Origin: a virus
Taxonomy: Duplodnaviria > Caudoviricetes
Reading direction: 5' to 3' (one strand)
IMG/VR virus record: IMGVR_UViG_3300020431_000039
Span: 1-24,211 of that record
Length of the DNA stretch: 24,211 bases
Positions 1 to 7,588 of this stretch are shown here, piece by piece (positions within the stretch are counted from its first letter, which is position 1; each line of letters opens with the position of its first letter). Position numbers and translations under genes: made by a program. The notes under the pieces were generated by a model. It was not told the DNA's origin. It searched no databases and saw only the letters and a list, made by a program, of their open reading frames with translations.

Positions 1-114
1 CATCGTCAATACATCATTAGCAGAGAAAATCCAATATGCTACAGGTGCATTTTCTCCCTGTTCTTTGATCATACTATCGACACGATCTTTGAGTTGCTTG
101 AGAGTGTAGTTCAT
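1..114 (-). CDS. hypothetical early protein, N-terminal part (runs off the window)
   Basis: ATG at 114 opens MNYTLKQLKDRVDSMIKEQGENAPVAYWIFSANDVLTM with no stop before the window edge; read manually. Confidence 0.7.
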   Translation of the reverse strand, partial: MNYTLKQLKDRVDSMIKEQGENAPVAYWIFSANDVLTM

Positions 115-161
115 GATTTGAATGAATGAGTGTTAGTTAGTGTGAGGTGAGTAAGTGTTAC

Positions 162-359
162 TTATGAATTCATATCAATCCAAGTCTTTGCACCATAGCA
201 ATCGATAATCTCATCTTTCAAATCTTCCATATTATAATCTTTAAGATTTTGTTCAATACTTTCAACCGCAAAAGTAATCAACGAATCCATATCCATTCCT
301 TCTACAATCATCTCTGCATAAGCATTCTTGAGTTGATCGATTTGATTGATAGTCATCAT
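162..359 (-). CDS. hypothetical acidic phage protein
   Basis: ORF track 162..413; the start is more likely MMTINQ at 359 because the upstream part is a low-complexity A/C-rich leader. Confidence 0.75.
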   Translation of the reverse strand: MMTINQIDQLKNAYAEMIVEGMDMDSLITFAVESIEQNLKDYNMEDLKDEIIDCYGAKTWIDMNS

Positions 360-409
360 TTGTGATTGTGATTGAAGTTTGTGAAGATGGGTTTTGATTA
401 GTGACATAA

Positions 410-664
410 TCACCAGCGAGTTTGAATCAGTGCAGAATTGAAAAGTTGTGGTTCTAGGTGCATATCAGTCACTTCATACTTATAACCCTCAACACGACTA
501 TCAACCTCTTTCTCAAATGATTCTTTGTTGATGTAGGACTTAGATTGCACCTTGTCACAGAATGTAACTGTCTTATACATTAGACGCTCGCTGATAGTTC
601 CATCAGAATACTTGACAGGGTAGAAGTCAACAACCATGTGAGCGCCGTTTGCTGTGAGTTGCAT
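410..664 (-). CDS. hypothetical phage protein
   Basis: 84-aa ORF, co-oriented with neighbours, downstream of a GTTACTCACC motif. Confidence 0.8.
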   Translation of the reverse strand: MQLTANGAHMVVDFYPVKYSDGTISERLMYKTVTFCDKVQSKSYINKESFEKEVDSRVEGYKYEVTDMHLEPQLFNSALIQTRW

Positions 665-684
665 GTTGAGAAGTGATGCTTACA

Positions 685-725
685 ATACTATGACAGTTTA
701 GAGGTGAGTAACATTATACTCACCT
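685..725 (-). promoter_or_regulatory. GTTACTCACC-class motif copy 1, embedded in a 9-bp inverted repeat
   Basis: 692-713 gacagtttagaggtgagtaaca is identical to 3016-3037; aggtgagta (702-710) pairs with tactcacct (717-725); TAGTAT at 685-690 on the minus strand. Confidence 0.6.
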
Positions 726-728
726 TAA

Positions 729-1085
729 TTAACGAATATAAAGAAATCCACCGAAACGATCACAGATCTCAGGATAGTCTGAGAGTTGATCAATTTGAAA
801 TCTAACACCTTTTGCAGGTGCTTTTAAGTTGGCAGGTTTATAACATTCTCCAGTTTTTCGATCAACAAACATCCAAATAGTTCCACCACTACGTGAATTA
901 TATTCCCCATTCTTTCCTGTTACATCACATGCTTTAATTGAAATATATTTACGACCAGGGAAAATAAACAATTTACGCCAAAATGTAGATTCAGATTCAA
1001 TTGCATCAACATACCAACTATTGTTCAATGTTTCTACAAGAGATTCAGTTAAGAATTCTGATCTAGTTTGAGTAAGCATGATCAT
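729..1085 (-). CDS. conserved hypothetical phage protein
   Basis: 118-aa ORF with FVDRKTGECYKPA..KAPAKGVRF, a motif I recall from small phage proteins; function unknown. Confidence 0.8.
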   Translation of the reverse strand: MIMLTQTRSEFLTESLVETLNNSWYVDAIESESTFWRKLFIFPGRKYISIKACDVTGKNGEYNSRSGGTIWMFVDRKTGECYKPANLKAPAKGVRFQIDQLSDYPEICDRFGGFLYIR

Positions 1086-1109
1086 TTAAGAATGGAGAGA
1101 AAAAAATAC

Positions 1110-1250
1110 TTAAGGCCTTGGGTTGACACCTATCACTTTTGCTTTAGGATTACGTGCTATTGCTGTTTCTCTTGCGTCTTCATAATTTGCTGCCTGTACT
1201 TCTTCAGTGAAGACTTTACCAGCAACATACAACTTGACTTCGTATTTCAT
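1110..1250 (-). CDS. small hypothetical protein (46 aa), not in the ORF track
   Basis: Manual translation MKYEVKLYVAGKVFTEEVQAANYEDARETAIARNPKAKVIGVNPRP*; fills the gap between co-oriented genes. Confidence 0.8.
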   Translation of the reverse strand: MKYEVKLYVAGKVFTEEVQAANYEDARETAIARNPKAKVIGVNPRP

Positions 1251-1278
1251 GATGTTAGATAGTGAGGTGAATGATGAA

Positions 1279-1467
1279 TCAGAAAGGGTTAGACCAGGAT
1301 TCGTACTTCTTCATGGTGATGTAACCTTCCTTGCAAAGTGAGTCAGTAAAGTATGACCACTCTTCACGCTTTGCAATAGAATCAGTCGCACGTTTTGTGC
1401 CCATAGTGCTCCATTTCCAATTGTAACGGAATTGCTCTAGTGCTTGTGCTTTAGTGATGGTTCGCAT
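1279..1467 (-). CDS. hypothetical protein
   Basis: 62-aa ORF directly downstream of an early promoter, with AAGGA upstream of the ATG. Confidence 0.8.
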   Translation of the reverse strand: MRTITKAQALEQFRYNWKWSTMGTKRATDSIAKREEWSYFTDSLCKEGYITMKKYESWSNPF

Positions 1468-1491
1468 CGGTTGAATTCCTTTGACTCTTTA

Positions 1492-1550
1492 ATAATACAC
1501 GATTTTAGTGCCCTGTGGGGGTTTGGTGTTCAGTTCGTCAACCGTCACAC
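1492..1550 (-). promoter_or_regulatory. early promoter: palindrome plus -10 box
   Basis: Imperfect palindrome core 1529-1546; TATTAT at 1492-1497 on the minus strand preceded by GTG; no canonical -35. Confidence 0.7.
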
Positions 1551-1921
1551 CATCCCATTACTTCACATCCTGGATCTGATAACATTTCTTCCTTAATACC
1601 ATTTGCTTTGCATACTTCCCAATCTTCATAGGTACAATCACGAAGGTATTTTCCATCTTTTGTATGCACTGAGGCATATTGTTGAATGTGAAAATCCCAC
1701 TTGAATCCTTTATCTCTCATCTCTAAATCATCATCATCATTCCAAATGTTCCAATCAATTGGTTCAACATCAATGCCCCTCTCTAATCCATACTTATCCA
1801 CACATTCATCAGTCAACCACAAATAACCACTGTGATTCTGATCCCAGTTGTAATACTCACCATCAACCTCATCTAACATGTCAAGATCAGATTGTTCTGT
1901 TAAATCGTATTCGTGTGTCAT
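1538..1921 (-). CDS. hypothetical acidic, Trp-rich protein
   Basis: 127-aa ORF with an ATGA overlap with the upstream gene. Confidence 0.8.
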   Translation of the reverse strand: MTHEYDLTEQSDLDMLDEVDGEYYNWDQNHSGYLWLTDECVDKYGLERGIDVEPIDWNIWNDDDDLEMRDKGFKWDFHIQQYASVHTKDGKYLRDCTYEDWEVCKANGIKEEMLSDPGCEVMGWCDG

Positions 1922-2127
1922 GAATGGTTCTCCATAAACTCATCTAGAGTATAATATTCTCCGGTTGATGTTTCTTGAATTAAATCTTCCAATGAATAAC
2001 ACTCCAACTTCATACGATATTCTTCTGGAGTATCATCGTCGGGATCATAATCATCATGGCAGAGATAATCCCACTCATGGACAAGTGCATCAATCAATTG
2101 TTCTTTAGTGTATTTTTTATCAGACAT
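1918..2127 (-). CDS. hypothetical acidic protein
   Basis: C-terminal part of ORF 1918..2262; the start MSDKKY at 2127 overlaps the stop of the upstream gene. Confidence 0.75.
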   Translation of the reverse strand: MSDKKYTKEQLIDALVHEWDYLCHDDYDPDDDTPEEYRMKLECYSLEDLIQETSTGEYYTLDEFMENHS

Positions 2128-3007
2128 TTGCGAATCTACCATTGTTGAAGTTTGCATGTGAGAACTGTTCACGATTGACGAGTTTGAACATACCAAACTC
2201 ATTGGTCTTGACATAACCCTCACCACCACATTGCTGCTCATCAATGTATGTACTAGGTCCATTATTACGCATCAAAAACAACATGTCATCTTTGATAGAC
2301 TTGATCAAGAACCAGTAACTAATGAGACGAGAGTTGCTGAATGTTTCAGGTGAAACTTCACGACCTTCACGAATACAAGCATTCAATTCTTTCTTGAGGT
2401 TGTTTGCATCGAGTTCGTCAGTAAATGTTACTAACTGGGCCATCTGTCGTGCAAAACCAACAATCTCATCAAAATCTTCATCGACTTGCCAACACCTAGG
2501 TTGAACAAACTTACAAGACTCAGTATCATCAAATGTTGGAAAGACATCGCCATCACTTACAACAAACGCATCCTTAAGTTCACCTGTGTTTGTTGCATAG
2601 AATGTATGTGGTGCAATGATAATATTCTGATGAATGATTTCATCGAAAACATACGTTATCGTGTTAGGTGTATAAGTATCATCGCCACCAAAACCAATAA
2701 AATCGCATTGTATAATACCGGTGAAAGAAGGGAGGCAATCAAAACAATGATGCAGAATTTCAGCAACTGCCCCAGTGTGATTTTGCTCAATTTCTTGATG
2801 ACTTTCATTGATTTTGATTTTAACTTTGTTGAACACTGATTTTGTTCCCACAAAAAAGTTACCTGTTGCAGGATTCGTGCCCCAAACGATTGCAGGCGCA
2901 CCATCAATTTTTGCAGAGATTTGACCATCGGAAAGAAACCAATCGAGGATAGAAAGATCACCAGTCAGAATTGAATCTTCTGGGTGTTCGAGGTGTGTGT
3001 TCTTCAT
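2120..3007 (-). CDS. DUF6267-like protein with ligase/nucleotidyltransferase-type motifs
   Basis: N-terminal HLEHPED, KIDG (motif I-like), EGYV (motif IV-like), KLV (motif V-like). Confidence 0.65.
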   Translation of the reverse strand: MKNTHLEHPEDSILTGDLSILDWFLSDGQISAKIDGAPAIVWGTNPATGNFFVGTKSVFNKVKIKINESHQEIEQNHTGAVAEILHHCFDCLPSFTGIIQCDFIGFGGDDTYTPNTITYVFDEIIHQNIIIAPHTFYATNTGELKDAFVVSDGDVFPTFDDTESCKFVQPRCWQVDEDFDEIVGFARQMAQLVTFTDELDANNLKKELNACIREGREVSPETFSNSRLISYWFLIKSIKDDMLFLMRNNGPSTYIDEQQCGGEGYVKTNEFGMFKLVNREQFSHANFNNGRFANV

Positions 3008-3015
3008 ACCATTAA

Positions 3016-3037
3016 GACAGTTTAGAGGTGAGTAACA
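3016..3037 (-). promoter_or_regulatory. GTTACTCACC-class motif copy 2
   Basis: 22-bp exact repeat of 692-713, ending 8 nt before the ATG at 3007. Confidence 0.6.
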
Positions 3038-3040
3038 ATA

Positions 3041-3280
3041 TTAGATTGGAAGTTTGCCAACTGATTTACCTTTACTGTGCTTTGTAATAAAGTTTAATGC
3101 AGATGCACGATTGCGACAAACTTTAAGAATTTTTGCTTGATGAATAATTGCTAATTTTGTACTGCTTCCAGTAACAGGAACAGCAGCATACATCTTAGGA
3201 TCTTCATATTTACCTATAATAAATCCCATCTCTCCAGGTTTGGGATTTAGAATTGTGTTATTGTTTGATACAACTTTCAT
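3041..3280 (-). CDS. hypothetical protein
   Basis: 79-aa ORF with a TGATG overlap with the upstream gene. Confidence 0.8.
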   Translation of the reverse strand: MKVVSNNNTILNPKPGEMGFIIGKYEDPKMYAAVPVTGSSTKLAIIHQAKILKVCRNRASALNFITKHSKGKSVGKLPI

Positions 3281-3726
3281 CAGTTCCTCATATAAACAAG
3301 TTCAATTCCAACTTTAGCATAAGCATCTTCCCAAGTTGTAAAAACTCCTGCTTTTTGATGTGGTACAAGTTTTTTATTCTCTGCTTTTGATACCTTATGA
3401 AATTTTCCAAGTTTGTTGTAATAAAGATCTTTTACATATTGTTCAGCATCATCTATATCCGACCAATCAAGCATTAATAATTCTGCTGCCTGAAGTTTGC
3501 GTGGATTGATATGTTCTTCACTACATTCATTAAGTCTAATTGATTCTTCTGATTGCCATCCTGTCCACAATAATTCATCTTTCTGTACTGTCGGCAGATA
3601 CCAAATACCAGCACCACACATTGTTTCAATTTGTTTGGTCGCTTTGGTGTTACCCTGAGCGGCCAGTTGTTTATATTCTGCCTGAACAGATTTGATTACA
3701 GTTGCTAATCCTAGAAACTTACTCAT
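3280..3726 (-). CDS. hypothetical protein, possibly an HNH/His-Me finger nuclease
   Basis: EEHINP ... VSKAEN spacing resembles the EHxxP...xEN signature; ATGA-coupled to the helicase. Confidence 0.5.
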   Translation of the reverse strand: MSKFLGLATVIKSVQAEYKQLAAQGNTKATKQIETMCGAGIWYLPTVQKDELLWTGWQSEESIRLNECSEEHINPRKLQAAELLMLDWSDIDDAEQYVKDLYYNKLGKFHKVSKAENKKLVPHQKAGVFTTWEDAYAKVGIELVYMRN

Positions 3727-4931
3727 CGACGAATCTCACTGATAGCGGGTTGACCTTGATTGAATACAACATCAACAACTGCCTGAACTTTCTTGGCAGT
3801 GCTGATGCCAACTCTGTCATAAGTTGGGATGCAAACTAAACCAAATGTCTTCTCACTTCCACCCAAACGAATCACACGACCAATCGACTGACTGATACCA
3901 ATGTAATCCATATTACGCATGAAGATAACAGCCTCAAGTCCACTGACGTTGATACCCTCAGACAGAATAGAGTGGTGAAGAACAACAAATTTCTTGGTCT
4001 TGTCCTTGCCCCAAGTATTCAGGGTGTCAAAGAATACGTCACGATTGACTTTCTTACCATCAATGATTGCACCTGTCTTCGATGTGATTGTCATCCAAGA
4101 GTAACCACGTTCAGCAAGTTGCAAGCAGAAATCTGAATGAGTGAAAAGATTGATGATTTGCTTTGTTGTGCGAGCACAGATCAAAGTTTTGTTGATGTTG
4201 TTGTCATCGATAGTCTCAATTAGATTGTCACAATCATCAACAAACATTACCTTGCGACCTTTGACCATAGGCAATTGCTTGACTACAACTTTAGGAGGAA
4301 GAATATAACCCTGTTCAACTAATTCAGGAGCAGGAACATTACATAGAACCTGTCCATAAACATTTGTCCAGTTCATTCCTGGTTTGTTAATAGCAAGCGA
4401 ATGTTTGGGGGTTGCAGTAAAGAAGTAACAACGCTCTGAGACATCGCTAAAATGCTCTGTAGCAGGGAAGAAGTTACGTTGGACGCTATTATGTGCCTCA
4501 TCGAAGTATATGTTGTTCACCTCAATATCTGACTCCATTACACGATGGAGTGAATGATATGTGGTGAAGATGATAACATTCTCACCTGCTGTACGTGCAA
4601 CATTAGCAAACACATGAATGTTATCTGCTTTTGTTGTGGAATAGTGGTCGGTTTCACCACTATGAACGTGCATGATATGAGTATTGGTTGTATCAATCAA
4701 CTCAAGGAACTCACTGCACAGTTGTTCAGCTAGTAGGATACGTGGAGCAACAACAACTGTCGTCATTCCGTTGGTGATGTGCTTACAATTCTCAGCAACA
4801 TCCTGAATCATACAGATAGTTTTGCCACCACCTGTAGGTACAATGATTTGACCCTTGTCGTAGGTGAGCATACTGTTAAGAATGCGTTTCTGATGTGGAC
4901 GAAGAGTCAGGGTCATTCGTGTTTCATTCAT
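3723..4931 (-). CDS. superfamily 2 DEAH helicase (type III restriction Res-like)
   Basis: LRPHQ, PTGGGKT (Walker A), FDEAH, TAT, LSEGIN, QSIGRVIR; the track start at 4946 lies inside the promoter, so the ATG at 4931 or 4916 is preferred. Confidence 0.92.
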   Translation of the reverse strand: MNETRMTLTLRPHQKRILNSMLTYDKGQIIVPTGGGKTICMIQDVAENCKHITNGMTTVVVAPRILLAEQLCSEFLELIDTTNTHIMHVHSGETDHYSTTKADNIHVFANVARTAGENVIIFTTYHSLHRVMESDIEVNNIYFDEAHNSVQRNFFPATEHFSDVSERCYFFTATPKHSLAINKPGMNWTNVYGQVLCNVPAPELVEQGYILPPKVVVKQLPMVKGRKVMFVDDCDNLIETIDDNNINKTLICARTTKQIINLFTHSDFCLQLAERGYSWMTITSKTGAIIDGKKVNRDVFFDTLNTWGKDKTKKFVVLHHSILSEGINVSGLEAVIFMRNMDYIGISQSIGRVIRLGGSEKTFGLVCIPTYDRVGISTAKKVQAVVDVVFNQGQPAISEIRR

Positions 4932-4937
4932 ATAAGT

Positions 4938-4993
4938 ATAATACACAAAAAAACCACCCCTGTCAAGGAGTGGTGGACAGTTCTAGAATTGTC
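4938..4993 (-). promoter_or_regulatory. early sigma70 promoter with an upstream palindrome and an overlapping terminator hairpin
   Basis: TTGACA (4961-4966)-17 nt-TATTAT (4938-4943); palindrome gacagttctagaattgtc 4976-4993; hairpin 4953-4974 followed by a T7 run on the minus strand. Confidence 0.85.
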
Positions 4994-5004
4994 TTATATT
5001 AAAC

Positions 5005-5613
5005 TTAAGACATTCTTTTGTTCACTCTTCCTAAAATTTTCATTTTACCTTTCTTATCAGGTTGCTGACCAGTTGCTTTCACATATTTGTCAGTTTCTTG
5101 CTTCTTCATAATACCTTTCAACATTCTTTCACCTTCACCTCTAATTTTGTCACGTTCTTCTCTAGTTTTACCAGATGCTTTCTGTGGTTTATAGTTAGGT
5201 GATACAGTTTCTTTCTTCTTTTTAGTTAAAAGTTGTGATGCAGTTGGTGTTGATTTCTTTTCTGGTGTTGATGATCCAGTTTTCTTTGCTGCTGCTCTTG
5301 CTTGTGCTGCCTTTTTACGTTCTGCTTTTACTTTATCAGCATATGATTGTTTAACTTCAGCAGAACCTCTTGCTTTTTCTGGTTGTTGTACTCTTGTAGA
5401 TGCTTGTTTTTGTTGACCAATATCTTTTCTGTCTTTATATGTTTTTGCAGGAACCATTTTTCCTCCACCTGCAGCTTTCATTCTACGTTTTTCAGGTTCA
5501 CTTTTCTTTCTATTTGCACCAACTCTTCCACCATCTCCCTGTTTACGAATCTGAGATGATCCCATTACATCGGCATCATAAGCCTCATTAATAAATTGGG
5601 TGAAAGTTTTCAT
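5005..5613 (-). CDS. Lys-rich putative internal head protein
   Basis: N-terminus MKTFTQFINEA resembles the T4 internal-protein capsid-targeting sequence MKTYQEFIAE; late promoter directly upstream. Confidence 0.65.
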   Translation of the reverse strand: MKTFTQFINEAYDADVMGSSQIRKQGDGGRVGANRKKSEPEKRRMKAAGGGKMVPAKTYKDRKDIGQQKQASTRVQQPEKARGSAEVKQSYADKVKAERKKAAQARAAAKKTGSSTPEKKSTPTASQLLTKKKKETVSPNYKPQKASGKTREERDKIRGEGERMLKGIMKKQETDKYVKATGQQPDKKGKMKILGRVNKRMS

Positions 5614-5637
5614 GTTGATAGGAACAATTTCCTTTTT

Positions 5638-5645
5638 TATTTATT
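5638..5645 (-). promoter_or_regulatory. T4-like late promoter
   Basis: AATAAATA on the minus strand about 25 nt upstream of ATG 5613. Confidence 0.65.
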
Positions 5646-5674
5646 AAAACTTCCCCACTACTTAAAGTGGGGAA
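5646..5674 (-). terminator. rho-independent terminator
   Basis: 9-bp stem ttccccact/agtggggaa (5651-5674) followed by GTTTT on the minus strand, just after the stop at 5683. Confidence 0.7.
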
Positions 5675-5682
5675 TAATTATA

Positions 5683-5904
5683 TCAACTATCTTCTGGTTC
5701 TTGCTCTTTTGGTTTGTTTACTTTAGGACCAACCTGAACACGTTTAGTTTCATAGAAAAAGTTAACTCTTTCACGACGTGTTTGCATCAGTAGATCAAAC
5801 TTTTCTTGTTGATCTTTAGTGAATCGAAAATCTTGACGACGCCAAGTATCACGAAGATCGCGAATGTGTGACAGGACGTTGACAGTATCAGTTGGAAAGT
5901 TCAT
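5683..5904 (-). CDS. hypothetical protein
   Basis: ORF track 5683..5910; probable start MNFPTD. Confidence 0.8.
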   Translation of the reverse strand: MNFPTDTVNVLSHIRDLRDTWRRQDFRFTKDQQEKFDLLMQTRRERVNFFYETKRVQVGPKVNKPKEQEPEDS

Positions 5905-5906
5905 GA

Positions 5907-6035
5907 TCAAACAGTGTAATCTTTTTGGTTAAATTCGTCGCATTTGACATTCATTTCTGAGTCATTCTCTTCTAGTTCGGTGAAATCAAAAATTTCTCCT
6001 GGCATGTCCTGAATTTCGCTCCAAAGGTCGTCCAT
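5907..6035 (-). CDS. small acidic hypothetical protein
   Basis: MDDLWSEIQDMPGEIFDF...; the upstream extension in the ORF track overlaps a structured leader. Confidence 0.65.
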   Translation of the reverse strand: MDDLWSEIQDMPGEIFDFTELEENDSEMNVKCDEFNQKDYTV

Positions 6036-6060
6036 TTTTGTTGTTGTTTGTGTGAGATGT

Positions 6061-6137
6061 GTGGAGTTTATCATCAGCAGTAGAGTTGCCAACTGACTCA
6101 CTTAGGAGTGATGAATGGGTGTCCTGTTCCCCTCCAC
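6061..6137 (-). ncRNA. candidate structured 5' leader RNA
   Basis: Nested inverted repeats gtggag 6061-6066/ctccac 6132-6137 and tcatca 6071-6076/tgatga 6109-6114, immediately downstream of a -10 box. Confidence 0.4.
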
Positions 6138-6143
6138 TCTTTT

Positions 6144-6202
6144 AATATACAGGGTTTTGGTGGTTTGTGGGAGATTAGTGGACAGTTATTGTGGTGTCCA
6201 CT
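6144..6202 (-). promoter_or_regulatory. early promoter: palindrome plus -10 box
   Basis: agtggaca-N10-tgtccact palindrome at 6177-6202; TATATT at 6144-6149. Confidence 0.75.
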
Positions 6203-6324
6203 GCACGTAGTTTTTTCTTTACATGTTGTTCCCAGAATAGTGCATCTTCAATTCTCAAAAAACTTGCACTATGCTTTGCAAATCCTTTTTTCTTCGGTTT
6301 GAGGTAGTTTACTCGGTAAATCAT
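6175..6324 (-). CDS. small basic hypothetical protein (49 aa), not in the ORF track
   Basis: Manual translation MIYRVNYLKPKKKGFAKHSASFLRIEDALFWEQHVKKKLRAVDTTITVH*. Confidence 0.7.
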   Translation of the reverse strand: MIYRVNYLKPKKKGFAKHSASFLRIEDALFWEQHVKKKLRAVDTTITVH

Positions 6325-6484
6325 TCCAGTGTCTTAATACTCCAGAAATAATGAAAAAATTAGTAGTGAGCAGACTGACAAATATGATGCTACGAATGAT
6401 AGCAACATAATTATCATAAGGTTTTGTTTTATCATCACTAAAGCTCCCTAATGAATACTTCCATATCCTCCAAAGTTTCAGCAT
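6269..6484 (-). CDS. small putative membrane protein
   Basis: 71 aa with one hydrophobic segment (VAIIRSIIFVSLLTTNFFIISGV). Confidence 0.75.
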   Translation of the reverse strand: MLKLWRIWKYSLGSFSDDKTKPYDNYVAIIRSIIFVSLLTTNFFIISGVLRHWNDLPSKLPQTEEKRICKA

Positions 6485-6719
6485 AACGATTCTTTCTTGT
6501 ATAAACGTATTCTAATTCTTTCCATTGTTTTGGAAAGCATAATGAGAGTGTGTGAATATATTTGTGTCGTTCAATCTTTGTGTACTCACAATTAGGTTTT
6601 GGTCTAATACCAGTTTCAATGGTAATGTAAAGGTCATCACAAAAATATACCCAACCCTCAACGTTTACATACTTTGTCTTCCATCGAACATAGTCATCAA
6701 CTTGAGGAATATATTTCAT
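6438..6719 (-). CDS. hypothetical protein
   Basis: 93-aa ORF with an ATGA overlap with the upstream gene. Confidence 0.8.
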   Translation of the reverse strand: MKYIPQVDDYVRWKTKYVNVEGWVYFCDDLYITIETGIRPKPNCEYTKIERHKYIHTLSLCFPKQWKELEYVYTRKNRYAETLEDMEVFIREL

Positions 6720-7006
6720 AGGAAAGCAGACATTAAAGGGTTTAATTTTAAGGGCATTGCAGTATATGGAGTAGTGTTACATATATCTACCTGAGTTCCA
6801 CACTTGGTGGAGTTAATAGGCGCCGAATAGCATCGTTTTTTTGTGTTGTAGAAACCCCAAATTGTGCTGACAGGATCACTACTATAAGAATAAGTTGCGT
6901 GATGCAAAAGCCAAATAGAAACCACATTTCGCTTGAACTCGCGAACATAGTAGGAGTATCCTTTTGGTTCTTCATGAATAAAATCAGGAGGGAGTTCTAA
7001 ATTCAT
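6716..7006 (-). CDS. hypothetical protein
   Basis: 96-aa ORF in a tightly packed operon. Confidence 0.8.
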   Translation of the reverse strand: MNLELPPDFIHEEPKGYSYYVREFKRNVVSIWLLHHATYSYSSDPVSTIWGFYNTKKRCYSAPINSTKCGTQVDICNTTPYTAMPLKLNPLMSAFL

Positions 7007-7164
7007 TTCTCACGAACAATACGCAAACGCTCTGGACTTAAACCTTCATTCAAAAGTTCAGCATAACGATCTTTTGCCTGTTCTTGAGTTAATCCTACAT
7101 CATCACGTTCAACAAGTGTCCAACCAGATGTTTCAAGTTCTTCGATTCGATAAAGTTTTTCCAT
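7003..7164 (-). CDS. small hypothetical protein (53 aa), not in the ORF track
   Basis: MEKLYRIEELETSGWTLVERDDVGLTQEQAKDRYAELLNEGLSPERLRIVREK*; ATGA overlap at 7003-7006. Confidence 0.8.
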   Translation of the reverse strand: MEKLYRIEELETSGWTLVERDDVGLTQEQAKDRYAELLNEGLSPERLRIVREK

Positions 7165-7168
7165 AGTT

Positions 7169-7411
7169 TTAAGTGGTAAATTCTTCTACAATTTTAGATT
7201 CAAGTTGTTCTGCAAGTGCATATGTTCGTGAATTGAGAATATTTTCACGAAGATGGGAGTAGAATTTTTGATTAAAATCTCCCTCATCTGCATCTGTAAT
7301 GAGATCGAAACACTCATTATCATTTTCTGCAATTACATTCCAGAGACCACCATATTCACTGGATGGAAAGGGAATGTAATGATCTACAATGTAGAAAAAT
7401 TTTTGTTTCAT
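7169..7411 (-). CDS. hypothetical protein
   Basis: 80-aa ORF with PFPSSEYGGLW. Confidence 0.8.
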   Translation of the reverse strand: MKQKFFYIVDHYIPFPSSEYGGLWNVIAENDNECFDLITDADEGDFNQKFYSHLRENILNSRTYALAEQLESKIVEEFTT

Positions 7412-7440
7412 TGTTTTGAATAGATTACTCTCTAATTATA

Positions 7441-7569
7441 TCAGGAACAGAAGAACTCTGCAAGGTAGTAATCAACAGTAATTTCAAGTTCTTCTGCTTC
7501 CTTTTCAATTTGAATCCAGAAATCTTCAGCAAGTTCTTCATACATAATGCTTTCTTGATTTGTCATCAT
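7441..7569 (-). CDS. small acidic hypothetical protein (42 aa), not in the ORF track
   Basis: MMTNQESIMYEELAEDFWIQIEKEAEELEITVDYYLAEFFCS*. Confidence 0.7.
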   Translation of the reverse strand: MMTNQESIMYEELAEDFWIQIEKEAEELEITVDYYLAEFFCS

Positions 7570-7588
7570 GCAGTTGATGCGTCGTTAC

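Noticed and set aside
692-3037. 22-bp direct repeat read as a CRISPR array or att/transposon ends
   Set aside because: There are only two exact copies, 2.3 kb apart, with no spacer periodicity and no cas, integrase or transposase gene; degenerate copies at other gene starts favour a regulatory motif
3723-4946. Helicase as UvsW or as part of a complete type III restriction-modification system; track start at 4946
   Set aside because: There is no Mod methylase, no endonuclease domain and no core-gene context, and the 4946 start lies within the promoter spacer
6061-6090. CUGAUGA on the minus strand as a hammerhead ribozyme core
   Set aside because: No stem II followed by GAAA comes after it, so the hammerhead consensus is not met
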